Shown here piece by piece: positions 12,201-27,800 of a stretch of DNA of 64,000 bases. Made by a program: the position numbers and the translations under genes. Every line of letters begins with the position of its first letter. Positions within the stretch are counted from its first letter, which is position 1. The stretch is from assembly GCF_009914755.1 (NCBI RefSeq), contig NC_060946.1; one strand, 5' to 3'. The notes beneath the pieces are model-generated. The model saw only the letters and a list, made by a program, of their open reading frames with translations, was not told the origin of the DNA and did no database searches. The stretch comes from the human T2T-CHM13v2.0 reference genome, Homo sapiens.

Positions 12201-15200
12201 CTCCAGTAGGAAGACCCTAGACAAGAGTTACATCACCTGAGTGATCAGGGCAGAGAGATGTCACAATGCCCCCTCTAAGCAGATCCCAGACAAGAGTTGC
12301 ATCACCACGGTGTTCAGTGCAGAGATATGTCTCAATGCCCCCTGTCGGCGAAGCCTATACAAGAGTTACATCATCTCGGTGATCAGTGCAGTGATATGTT
12401 AAAATGCCCCTGTAGGCAGAGCCTAGACAAGAGTTACATCACCTGGGTGATCAGTGCAGAGATATGTCATAAATCCCACTGTAGGCAAATCGTAGACAAG
12501 TTTTACATCACCTCAGCGATCAATGCAGAGATATAGTCCAATGTCCCTCTAGGCAGAGCTTAGACAAGAGTCACATCTCCTGGGTGATCAGTGCAGAGAT
12601 AAGTCAAAATGCCCCCGTAGGCAGATCCTAGAAGAGAGTTACATAACCCGGGTGATCCCTGCAGAGTGATGTCACAACGCCCTCTGTAGGCAGAGACTAG
12701 AAAAGAGTTACATCACCTGGGTGATCAGTGCAGACTTATGTCACAGTGCCCCCTGTAGGCAGAACATAGGGAAAAGTTGCATCACCAGGGTGATCAGTGC
12801 AGAGATATGTCACAATATCCCCTGTATGCAGAGCATAGAGAACAGTTGAATCACCTGGGTGATCAGTGCAGAAATATGTCACAATGTCCCCTTAGGCAGA
12901 GCCTAGAGAAAAGCCCCATCACCTGGATGATCAGTGCAGAGTTATGTCACAAAGTTCCTTTAGGCAGATACTAGACAAGAGTTACATCACAAGGATGATC
13001 AGTGCACAGATATGTCACAAAGCCACCATAGGCAGAGCCTAGACAAGAGTATCATGACCTAAGTGATCAGTGTAGAGAAAAATCGCAATGTCCCTGTAAG
13101 CAGAGCCTTGACAAGTGGTACATCACTTGGGTGATCATTGCAGGGATATGTCACAAAGCACCCTGTAGGCAGATCCTAGAAAAGAGTTATATCACCTGGG
13201 TGATCAGTGCAGAGATATGTCACAATGCCCCCATAGGAAGATCCAAGACAAGAGTCCATCACCTGGGTGATCAGTGCAGAAATATGTCACAATGCCCCCT
13301 TAGGCAGAGCCTAGACAGAAACCACATCACCAGGATGATCAGTGCAGATTTACGTCACAAAGTCCCTTTAGGCAGATCCTAGAAAATGGTTACATCACCT
13401 GGGTGAGCAGTGCAGAGATATGTCACAATGCCACTGTTGGCAGAGCCTAGACAAGAGTTACATGACCTAGGTGATCAGTGCAGAGATACATCGCAATGCC
13501 ACTGTAGGAAAAGCCTTGACAAGTGGTATATCTCCTGGGTGATCATTGCAGGGATATGTCACAAAGCACCCTGTATGCAGATCCTAGAGAAGAGTTATAT
13601 CACCTGGGTGATCAGTGCAGAGATATGTCACAAGCACCCTGTAGGCAGAGCCTAGACAAGAGTTATATCACCTGGGTGATCAGTGCAGTGATATGCCACA
13701 ACGTCTTGTAACCAGAGCTTGGACTTAAGTTATACCACCTGGGAGAGCAGTGCAGAGATATGTCACAATGTCCCCAGTCGACAGAGACCAGGCAAGAGTT
13801 GGATCACCTCGGGATCAGTGCAGAGATATGTCTCAATCTCCCTGTGGGCACTGCCTAGAGAAGAGTTACATCACCTCAGTTAACAGTGCAGAGATATATT
13901 AAAATGCCCCTGTAGGCAGAGCCTACACAATTGTTACATCACTTAGGTGATCACTGCAGAGATATGTCACAATACCCGCTGTAAGCAGAGCCTAGACAAG
14001 AGTTACATCACCTGGGTGACCAGTGCAGAGATATGTGACAAGGCCCCTTTAAGCAGAGCCTAGAAAATAGTTACATCACCTAAGTGATCAGTGCAGAGAT
14101 ATGTCACAATGCCCCCATAGGCAAATTCAAGACAAGATTCCGTCACCTGGGTGATCAGTGCAAAAATATGTGACAATGCTCCCAGGAGGCAGAGCCTAGA
14201 GAAGAGTCCCATCACCTGGGTGATCTGTGGAGAGATATTTCACAATGCCCCTGCAGGCAGAGCGTAAGCAAGAGTTACATCACCTTGATGATCAGTACAG
14301 AGATATGTAACAAGGCCCCCTATAGTCAGAGCCTGGACGAGAGTTATATCACCTGGGTGATCAATGCAGTGGTATGTCAATATGCCCCATAGGCAGAGCC
14401 TGGTAAAACGTTACATCACCTGGGAGATCAGTGCAGAGATATGTCACAAAGCCTCCATACACAGAGCCTAGACAAGAGCCCCATCACCTAGGTGATCAGT
14501 TCAGAGATATGTCACAATGCCCCCATAGGCAGATGAAAGACAAGAGTCCGTCACCTGGGTGATCAGTGCGGAGATACGTCACAATACCCCCTGTACGTGG
14601 AGCCTAGACAAGAGTTACATCAACTGGGTGATCATTGCAGAGATATGTCACAAAGCCCCTGTAGGCAGATCCTAAACAAGAGTTATATCACCTGGATGAT
14701 CATTGCAGAAATATGTCACAAAGCCCCTGTAGGCCGAGCCTAGACAAGAGTTGTTACATCTCCTGGGTGATCAGTGCAAAGACATGTCACAAAGCCCCTG
14801 TAGACAAATCCCAGAAAATTGTTACATCACCTGGGTGATCAGTGGAGATATTTGTCACAATTCCCCTTCAGGCACAGCTTAGACAAGGGTTACATCACAT
14901 GAGTGATCAGTGCAGAGATATGTCACTATGCCCCCATAGGCAGATCCAAGACAAGGGTCCATCACCTGGGTGATCAGTGCAGAAATATTCCACAATGCCG
15001 CCAGTAGGCAGATATCGACAAGAGTTACATCACCTGTGTGATCACTGCAGGGATATGTCACAATGCCCCTGTACGCAGAGACTAGAAAAGAGTCCCATCA
15101 CCTGGGTGATCAGTGCAGAGTTATGTCACAATGCCCCCTTTTGGCAGAGCCTAGACAAGGGTTACATCACCTGGGTGATCAGTGCAGAGATGTGTCACAA

Positions 15201-16830
15201 GCCCCCTGTAGCCAGAGCCTAGACAAGAGTCACATCAGCTGTGTGATCAGTGCAGTGACATGTCACAATATCCCTGTAGCCATATCCTTCAGAAAAGTGA
15301 CATCAAATGGGTGATCAGTGCGGAGATATGTCACAATGTTTCCAGTAGGCAGAGCCTAGACAAGAGTTACAACACCTGTGTTATCAGGGCAGAGATATGT
15401 CACAATGCCCCCTGTAAGCAGATACCAGAGAAGAGTGGCATCACCTCAGTGATCAGTGCAGAGACAAGTCACAATGCCCCCCGTCGGCAAAGCCTATACA
15501 AGAGTTACATCATCTCGGTGATCAGTGCAGTGATATGTAAAAATGCCCCTGTAGGCAGAGCCCAGACAAGAGTTCCATCACCTGGGTGATCAGTGCAGAG
15601 ATGTCTCACAATACCCCCTGTAAGCAGAGCCTAGACAAGACTTACATCACATGGGTGATCAGTGCAGAGATATGTCATAAATCACACTGTAGGCAAAGCC
15701 TAGACAAGTTTTACATCACCTCAGCGATCAGTGCAGAGATATGACCGAATGTCCCTCTAGGCAGAGCTTAGACAAGAGTCACATCTCCTGGGAGATCAGT
15801 GCAGATATATGTCACAATGTCCCCAGTAGGCAGAGACCAGGCAAGAGTTGGATCACCTCGGGATCAGTGCAGAGATATGTCTAAATCCCCCTGTGGGCAC
15901 AGCCTAGACAAGAGTTACGTCACCTCGGTTAACAGTACAGAGATATGTCAAAATGCTCCTGTAGGCAGAGCCTATACAATGTTACATCACTTAGGTGATC
16001 CGTGCAGAGATATGTCACAATACCCCCTGTAAGCAGAGCCTAGACAAGGGTTACCTCACCTGGGTGATCAGTGCAGAGATATGTGACAAGGCCCCTTTAA
16101 GCAGAGCCTAGACAATAGTTACATCACCTGAGTGATCAGTACAGAGATCTGTCACAATGAACCTTTAGGCAGAGCTTAGACCAGAGTTACATCACCTGGG
16201 TGATCAGTGCAGAGATATGTCACAATGCGCCCAAAGGCAAATCCAAGAGAAGAGTCCGTCACCTGGGTGATCAATGCAGAAATATGTGACAATGCCCACA
16301 GTAGGCAGAGCCTAGAGAAGAGTCCCATCACCTGGGTGATCAGTGCAGAGATATTTCACAATGCCCCTGCAGGCAGAGCGTAAGCAATAGTTACATCACC
16401 TAGATGATCAGTGCAGAGATATGTCACAAAGCCCCCTATAGGCAGAGCCTGGACAAGTTACATCACCTCGGTGATCAATGCAGTGTTATGTCACTATGCC
16501 CAGTAAGCAGAGCCTAGTCAAGCATTACATTACCTGGGTGATCAGTGCAGAGATATGTCACAAAGCCCCCATACACAGAGCCTAGACAAGAGTCCCATCA
16601 CCTGGGTGATCAGTGAAGAAATATGTCACAATGTCCCCATAGTCAGATCCAAAAGAAGAGTTACATCACCTGGGTGATCAGTGTCGAGATATGTCACAAT
16701 GCCCCCATTGGCAGAGCCTAGACAAAAGTCCCATCAGCTGGGTGATTAGTGCAGAGATATGTCACAAAATCCCTGTAGGCATACCCTACACAAGGGTTAC
16801 ATCACTTTGTTGATATGTTCAGAGTTGTGT
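6128..16830 (+). repeat. Beta (68-bp Sau3A/BSR) satellite array B1
   Basis: Tandem ~68-bp monomers GATCAGTGCAGAGATATGTCACAATGCCCCTGTAGGCAGAGCCTAGACAAGAGTTACATCACCTGGGT. Confidence 0.97.
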
Positions 16831-17444
16831 CATGCTGACTGTTTGCTCCCGTAGCTCGGCAGGCACCCGGAAACGTGCAGGGAAGGGTGGAAGACAGGCA
16901 TGGTGCCTTCGCTGTCCTTGCCAGTTTCCAAACCGGCCACACTGCAGACTCCCCAAGTTGCCAAACACGGGATTCCATCGTCAGGCCATCCCGCCGGGGA
17001 GGCATCGTCTCTCTGGGGTCTCGCTCTGGTCTCCTACGTGGAAATGAACGAGAGCCACATGCCTGCGCTTGTGACACTGTGCCGACAACGGCGACACCCA
17101 CAGGCACTGCCTCCTTCACGGTTAGAGGACCCGGAACACTCAAGACTCCCACGGAGGTTCAGTTCCACACTCCCCTCCATCCTCCCAGGCCGATTTCTCC
17201 CTGCTGAAGACATTGGGAGCCCAGAGAGTGGCTTCCAGTTCCCGCGGGATTCCTGGAGAGGTCCGGAGAGCCAGGCCCTGAAACGCGAACCCTCACCCCT
17301 TCCCCCTCGCCCCCTTCCTCTTCGTCCCTCCGGCCCCACCACTGCCATCACCACGCCCTCCCCCCCACCACACCACCCCTCAGCCGCAGGCCTCGACGCC
17401 CTTGGACCCTTCTGTGGTGGTGCCGGGTGTCCCAGGGCTCATCG

Positions 17445-17489
17445 CCATTCATGAAGGCGTGGAGCCTACCTGCCTACGGGCCTTTATAA
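17445..17489 (+). promoter_or_regulatory. DBE-like element and TATAA box upstream of the U2 ORF
   Basis: CCATTCATGAAGGCGTGGAGCCTACCT; TATAA at 17485-17489; no ATG between the box and 17626. Confidence 0.65.
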
Positions 17490-17625
17490 GAGCCGCTGGC
17501 TGGCTGTCCCGGCAGGCTTCCTGGCTGCATCTGCCACAGTGTACAGGCCGGCTGAGGTGCACGAGAGCCCACCGGCCTCTCTCTGACCGTGTCTGTCCGT
17601 GAAATTCTGGCCAGAGCTCCCAGTG

Positions 17626-18270
17626 ATGGCCCTCCCGACACCTTCGGACAGCCCGGCTCCTCCGGAAGGGACGCTCTCCCACCCTCAGGCTCCTCGGTGG
17701 CCTCCGCACCACGGCAAAACCCAGGAGGACTGGCTCCCACAGCATGACGGCCTGCCGGGCCCTTGCGCGGTGGGACAGCCTGGGCCCGCTCAAGCGGGTC
17801 CACAGGGCCAAGTTGTGCTTGCAGCACCCACGTCACAGGGGAGTCCGTGTTGGGGCTGGGTCCGGGGTCCCCAGGTCGCCGGGGCGGCATGGGAACCCCA
17901 AGACGGGGCAGCTCCACCTCGCCAGCCCTCGCCCCCGGAGGCCTCCGGGCAGCAGGGGCAGATGCAAGGCATCCCGGCCCCCTCCCAGGCGCTCCAGGAG
18001 CCAGGGCGCTCGTCTACACTCCCCTCCGGCCTGCTGCTGGATGAGCTCCTGGTGAGCCCGGAGTTTCTGCAGCAGGTGCAACCTTTCCTAGAAACGGAGG
18101 CCCCGGGGGAGCTGGAGGCCTTGGAAGAGGCCTTCTCGCTGGAGCACTCCTCAGCAAGGAAGAATACCGGACACTGCTGGAGGAGCTTTAGGACGCGGGG
18201 TTGGGACGGTGTCGGGTCGTGGCAGGGTGGTGGCCTCTCTTTCGTGGGGAAAACCTGGCTGGCTATGTAG
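17626..18270 (+). CDS. DUX4L: Candidate homeodomain-less DUX4-like ORF (214 aa); may be an untranslated pseudogene
   Basis: Open from the native ATG (gtgATGG context): MALPTPSDS|[16 protein letters not shown]...[15 protein letters not shown]...EEAFSLE, then a 1-bp frameshift at ~18143 gives a novel tail. Expression is unknown. Confidence 0.4.
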   Translation: MALPTPSDSPAPPEGTLSHPQAPRWPPHHGKTQEDWLPQHDGLPGPCAVGQPGPAQAGPQGQVVLAAPTSQGSPCWGWVRGPQVAGAAWEPQDGAAPPRQPSPPEASGQQGQMQGIPAPSQALQEPGRSSTLPSGLLLDELLVSPEFLQQVQPFLETEAPGELEALEEAFSLEHSSARKNTGHCWRSFRTRGWDGVGSWQGGGLSFVGKTWLAM

Positions 18271-18412
18271 GGGCGTGTCTTCCCCCTGCCCCCTCCACCT
18301 GGCTCACTGACCTGGGATTCCTGCCTTCTAAGTCTAGGCCTGGTGAGAGACTCCACACAGCGGAGAACTGCCATTCTTTTCTGGGCAACCCGGGGATCCC
18401 AGAGCCGGCCCA

Positions 18413-21875
<3,463 letters not shown>

Positions 21876-24800
21876 GCTCTTTAGTCAAAGCCTGGAGAAT
21901 AGTTACTACTCCTGGATGATCAGTTCAGAAATATGTCACAATGCCCCCTCCCTGCGGAGCCTAGAGGAGATTTGCATCATTTGGGTGATCAGTGCAGAAA
22001 TATATCACAATGTCCCCTGTACAAAAAGCATGGAAATGATTTACATCACCTCGGTGATCAGTGCATAGGTATGTCATAAATCCCCAGTAGGCTGAACCTA
22101 GACAAGGGTTACATCACTTAGGTGATCAGTGTAGAGATATGTGAAAATTCCCCTGCAGACAGAGCCTAGACAAGTGTTACATCACCTAGTGATCAGTGCA
22201 GGGATAAGTCGTAAAGCCTCCTGTAGGCAGAGTGTAGACAAGTGTTTCCTCCCTGGGTGATCAGTGCAGAGATATGTCACAAAGCCCCTGTAAGCAGAAC
22301 CTTGACAAGGGTTACATCACCTGTTTGATCAGTGGAAATGTATATCACAAAGCCCCCTATAGGCAAAGCCCAGACAATTGTTACATCACCTGGGTGAGCA
22401 GTGGAGAGACCTGTGACAATGCCCCTGTAGGCAGAGCTTAGACAAGGGTTACATCACCTCAGTGATCAGAGCAGAGATATGTCAAAAGGCTCCTGCAGGC
22501 TGAACTTAGACAGGAGTTACATCACCTGGGTGATCAGTGCAGAGATATGTGAGAAATCCCGTGTGGGCAGAGTCTAGACAAGTGTTACATCACCTAGGTT
22601 ATCAGTGCAGGTATAAGTCATAAAGCCTCCTCTAGGCAGAACGTAGACAAGAGTTCCCACCCAAGGGTGATCAGTGCAGACATGTGTCACAAAGCCCCTG
22701 TAGGCAGAGCCTAGACAAGAGATTCATCACTTGGTTGATCAGGTCAGAGATGTGTAACAATGTCCATTTAGGCAGATCTGAGACAAGAGTCCATCAACTG
22801 GGTGATCAGTGCAGAGATATTTACCAATGTCCCCTGAGGCAGTGCCTAGACAAGAGTTGCATGACCTCAGAGATCAGTGCAGAGATATGTCACAAAGCCT
22901 TCTGAAAGCAAAGCCCATACAAGGCTTACATCACCTAGGTGATCAGTGCAGTGATATGTCACAAAATTCCCTGTAGACAGAGCCTAGAAAAGAGATAAAT
23001 CACCTGGGTGATCAGTGCAGATATTTGACACAATGCCCCCATAGACATAGCCTAGAGAAGTCTTCCATCACCTGGGTGATCAGTGCAGAGATGTGTCAAA
23101 AAGCCCCTCTAAGCAGTACCTTGACAAGGTTTATATCATCTGTTGATCAGTGGAAATGTGTATCACTAAGCCCCCTGTAGGCAAAGCCCAGACAATTGTT
23201 ACATCACCTGGGTGAGCAGTGCAGAGATAGCTCACAATACACCCTGTAAGCAGAGCCCAGAAAAGAGTTACAACACCTGGGTGATCAGTGCAGAGATATC
23301 TCACAATAACCCCTGTAAGCAGAGCCTAGACAAGAGTTCCATCACCTGGGTGATCAGTGCACAGATATGTCATAAATCCCACTGTAGGCAAAGCATAGAC
23401 AATTTTACATCACCTCAGCGATCAGTGCAGAGATATGTCCCAATGTCCCTCTACGCAGAGCTTAGACAAGAGTCACATCTCCTGGGTGATCAGTGCAGAG
23501 ATAAGTCACAATGCCCCCGTTGGCAGAGCCCAGAGGAGAGTAACATAAACCGGGTGATCCGTGCAGAGTGATTTCACAACGTCCTCTGTAGGCAGAGACT
23601 AGAAAAGAGTTACATCACCTGGGTGATCAGTGCAGAGATATGTCACAATGCCCCCTGTAGGCAGAGCATAGAGAAGAGTTGCATCACCTGGGTGATCAGT
23701 GCAGAGATAAGTCACAATGCCCCCGTAGGCAGAGCGTATACGAGAGTTACATAACCCGGGTGATCCGTGCAGAGTGATGTCACAACGCCCTCTGTAGGCA
23801 AAGACTAGAAAAGAGTTACATCACCTGGGTGATCAGTGCCAAGATATGACTCAAAGCCCCCTGTAGGCAGAGCATAGAGAAGAGTTGAATCACCTTTCTT
23901 GTCAGTGCAGAGATATGTCAAAATTTCCCCTGTAGGCAGAGCATAGAGAATAGTTGCATCACCTGGGTGATCAGCACAGAGATATGTCACAATGTCCCCT
24001 GTAGGCAAAGCCTAGGCAAGAGTTACATCACTTTTGTCATCAGTTCAGGGATATGTGAAAACGACCCTGTAGGCAGAGCTTAGACAAGAGTTACATCACC
24101 TAGGTGATCAGTGCACAGATATTTCACAATACACCCTGTAGGCAAAACCTAGACAAGAGTTGAATCACCTGGCTGATCAGTGCAGAGATATGTCAAAATG
24201 TCCCCTGTAGGCAGAGCATAGAGAAGAGTTGCATCACCTGGGTGATCAGTGCAGAGATATTTCACAATGCCCCCTTTGGCTACAGGGTAGACAAGAGTTA
24301 CATCACCTAGGTGATCCGTGCAGAGATTTGTCAAAATTCCCTGTAGGCAGTGCTTATAAAAGCTTTACGTCACCTAAGTCATCAGTGCAGAGATATGTCA
24401 CAAAGCTCCTGTAGGCAGAACTTAGATGAGTTACATCACCTGGGAGATCAGTGCAAAGATATGTCACAAAGACACCCGTAGACAAATCCCAGAAAAGTGT
24501 TACACCACCTGGGTGATCAGTGGAGATATCTGTCACAATTCCCCTTCAGGCCCAGCTTAGACAAGCGTTACATCACATGACTGATCAGTGCAGAGATATG
24601 TCACTGTGCCCCCATAGGCAGATCCAAGACCAGAGTCCATCACCTGGGTGATCAGTGCAGAAATATGCCACAATGCCACCAGTAGGCAGATATAGACAAG
24701 AGTTACAGCAACTGCGTGATCACTGCATAGATATGTCACAATGTCCCTGTAGGCAGAGCCTATACAAGAGTCCCATCACCTGTGTGATCAGTGCAGAGTT

Positions 24801-27800
24801 ATGTCACAATGCCCCATCTTGACAGAGCCTAGAGAAGGGTTACATCACCTCGGTGATCAGTGCAGAGATGTGTAACAAGACCCCTGTAGACAGAGCCTAG
24901 AAAAGTGTTACATCAGCTGTGTGATCAGTGCAGTGACATGTCACAAAGTCCCTGTAGCCATATCCTTGAGAAAAGGGACATCACCTGGGTGATCAGTGTG
25001 GAGATATGTCACAATGTCTCCAGTAGGCAGAGCCTAGACAAGAGTTACATCACCTGGGTGATCAGGGCAGAGATATGTCACAAAGCCCCCTGTAAGCAGA
25101 TCCCAGACAAGAGTTGCATCACCTCGGTCATCAGTGCAGAGATATGCCTCAATGCCCCCTGTCGGCAAAGCCTATACAAGAGTTTCATCATTTCAGTGAT
25201 CAGTGCAGTGATATGTTAAAATGTCCCTGTAGGCAGAGCCTAGAAAAGAGTTACATCACCTGGGTGATCAGTGCAGAGATATCTCACAATACCCCCTGTA
25301 AGCAGAGCCTAGACAAGAGTTCCATCACCTGGGTGATCAGTGCAGAGATATGTCATAAATCCCACTGTAGGCAAAGCATAGACAATTTTACATCACCTCA
25401 GCGATCAGTGCAGAGATATGTCCCAATGTCCCTCTAGGCAGAGCTTAGACAAGAGTCACATCTCCTGGGTGATCAGTGCAGAGATAAGTCACAATGCCAC
25501 CGTAGACAGACCCTAGAGGAGAATTACATAACCCGGGTGATCCGTGCAGACTGATGTCACAACGTCCTTTGTAGGCAGAGGCTAGAAAAGAGTTACATCA
25601 CCTGGGTGATCAGTGCAGAGACATGTCACAATGTCCCCTGTAGGCAGAGCATAGAGAAGAATTGCGTCACCTGGGTGATCAGTGCAGGGATATGTCACAA
25701 TGTCCCCTGTAGGCAAAGCCTAAGCAAGAGTTACATCACGTTTGTCATCAGTTCAGGGATATGTGAAAATGCACCTGTAGGCAGAGCCTTGACAAGAGTT
25801 ACATCACCTAGTTGATCAGTGCAGAGATATTTCACAATACCCTCTGTAGGCAGATCCTAGAAAAGAGTTGAATCACCTGGGTGATCAGTGCAGAGATATT
25901 TCAAAATGACCCCTTTGGGCAAAGGGTAGACAAGAGTAACATTACCTAGGTGATCCGTGCAGAGATTTGCCAAAATTCCCTGTAGGCAGTGCTTATAAAA
26001 GTGTTACATCACCTAAGTGATCAGTGCAGAGATATGTCACAAAGCTCCTGTAGGTAGAATTTACATGAGTTACATCACCTGGGAGATCAGTGCAAAGGTA
26101 TGTCACAAAGCCCCATGTAGGCAAAGCCTAGACAATAGTTACATCACTTGGGTGATCAGTGGTGAGATCTCTCACAATTCCCCTGTAGGCAGAGCTTACA
26201 CAACAGTTACATCACCTGGGTGATCAGTGCAGAGATATGTCACAATACCCCCATAGGCAGATCCAAGACATGAGTCCGTCACCTGGGTGATCAGTGCAGA
26301 GATATGTGAGAATTCCCGTGTAGGCAGAGCCTAGACAAGAGTTTCATCACTTGGTTGATCACTACAGGGATGTGTCACAATGTCCATGTAGGCAGATCTA
26401 AGACAAGAGTCCATCACCTGGATGATCAGTGCAGAGATATGTACCAATGTCCCCTGTAGGCAGTGCCTAGACAAGACTTCCATCACCTTGGTGATCAGTG
26501 AAGAGATATGTCACAAATCACCCTCTAGGCAGAGTATAGAGAAGAGACCCATCACCTGGGTGATCAGTGCAGAGATATTTCACAATGCCCCCTGTAGGCA
26601 GAGAGTGGACAAGAGTTACATAACCTAGGTGATCTGTGCAGAGCTATGTCAAATCGCCCCTGTAGGTGGAGACAAGACAAGAGTCCCATCACCTGGGTGA
26701 TCAGTGCAGAGACATGTCACAAAGCCGCTGTAGGCAGAGCCTAAAATAGGGTTACATCTCCTGGGTGATCAGTGCAGAAATATGTCACAAAGCCCCTGTA
26801 GGCCGAGCCTAGAGAAGAGTTGTTACATCTCCTGGGTGACCAGTGCAAAGATATGTCACAAAGCCCCCTGTAGACAAATCCCAGAAAATTGTCACATCAT
26901 TTGGGGGATCAGTGGAGATATCTGTCACAATTCCCCTTCAGGCGCAGCTTAGACAAGCGTTACATCACATGAGAGATCAGTGCAGAGATATGTCACAATG
27001 CCCCCATAGGCAGATCCAAGACAAGAGTCCATCACCTGGGTGATCAGCGCAGAAATATGTCACAATGCCGCCAGTAGGCAGATATAGAGAAGAGATACAT
27101 CACCTGCGTGATCACTGCAGAGAAAGTCACAATGCCCCTGTACGCAGAGACTAGAAAAGAGTCCCATCACCTGGGTGATCAGTGCAGAGTTATGTCACAA
27201 TGTCCCATCTTGACAGAGCCTAGAGAAGGGTTACATCACCTGGGTGATCAGTGCAGAGATGTGTCACAAGACCCCTGTAGCCAGAGCCTAGACAAGTGTT
27301 ACATCAGCTGTGTGATCAGTGCAGTGACATGTCACAATGTCCCTGTAGCCATATCCTTCAGAAAAGTGACATCAACTGGTTGATCAGTGCGGAGATATGT
27401 CACAATGTCTCCAGTAGGCAGAGCCTAGACAAGAGTTACATCACCTGGGTGATCAGGGCAGAGATATGTCACAATGCCCTCTGTAAGCAGATCCCAGACA
27501 AGAGTTGCATCACCTCGGTCATCAGTACAGAGGTACAGAGATATGTCTCAATGCCCCCTGTCGGCGAAGCCTATACAAGAGTTACATCATCTCGGTGATG
27601 AGTGCAGTGATATGTTAAAATGCCCCTGTAGGCAGAGCCTAGACAAGAGTTACATCACCTGAGTGATCAATGCAGAAATATCTCACAAACCCCTGTAGGC
27701 CGAGCCTAGACAAGAGTTACATCACCTGGGTGATCAGTGCAGAGATATGTCATAAATCCCACTGTTGGCAAAGGCTAGACAAGTTTTACATCACCTCAGC

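Larger units (their letters stand above)
16831..18412 (+). repeat. D4Z4-like unit U2 (5'-truncated, internally deleted)
   Basis: Begins at CATGCTGACTGTTTG and runs to the KpnI site at 18413. Confidence 0.95.

Noticed and set aside
6128-16830. CRISPR-like regular repeat spacing
   Set aside because: Whole monomers are homologous with no unique spacers, there are no cas genes, and the sequence is primate satellite.
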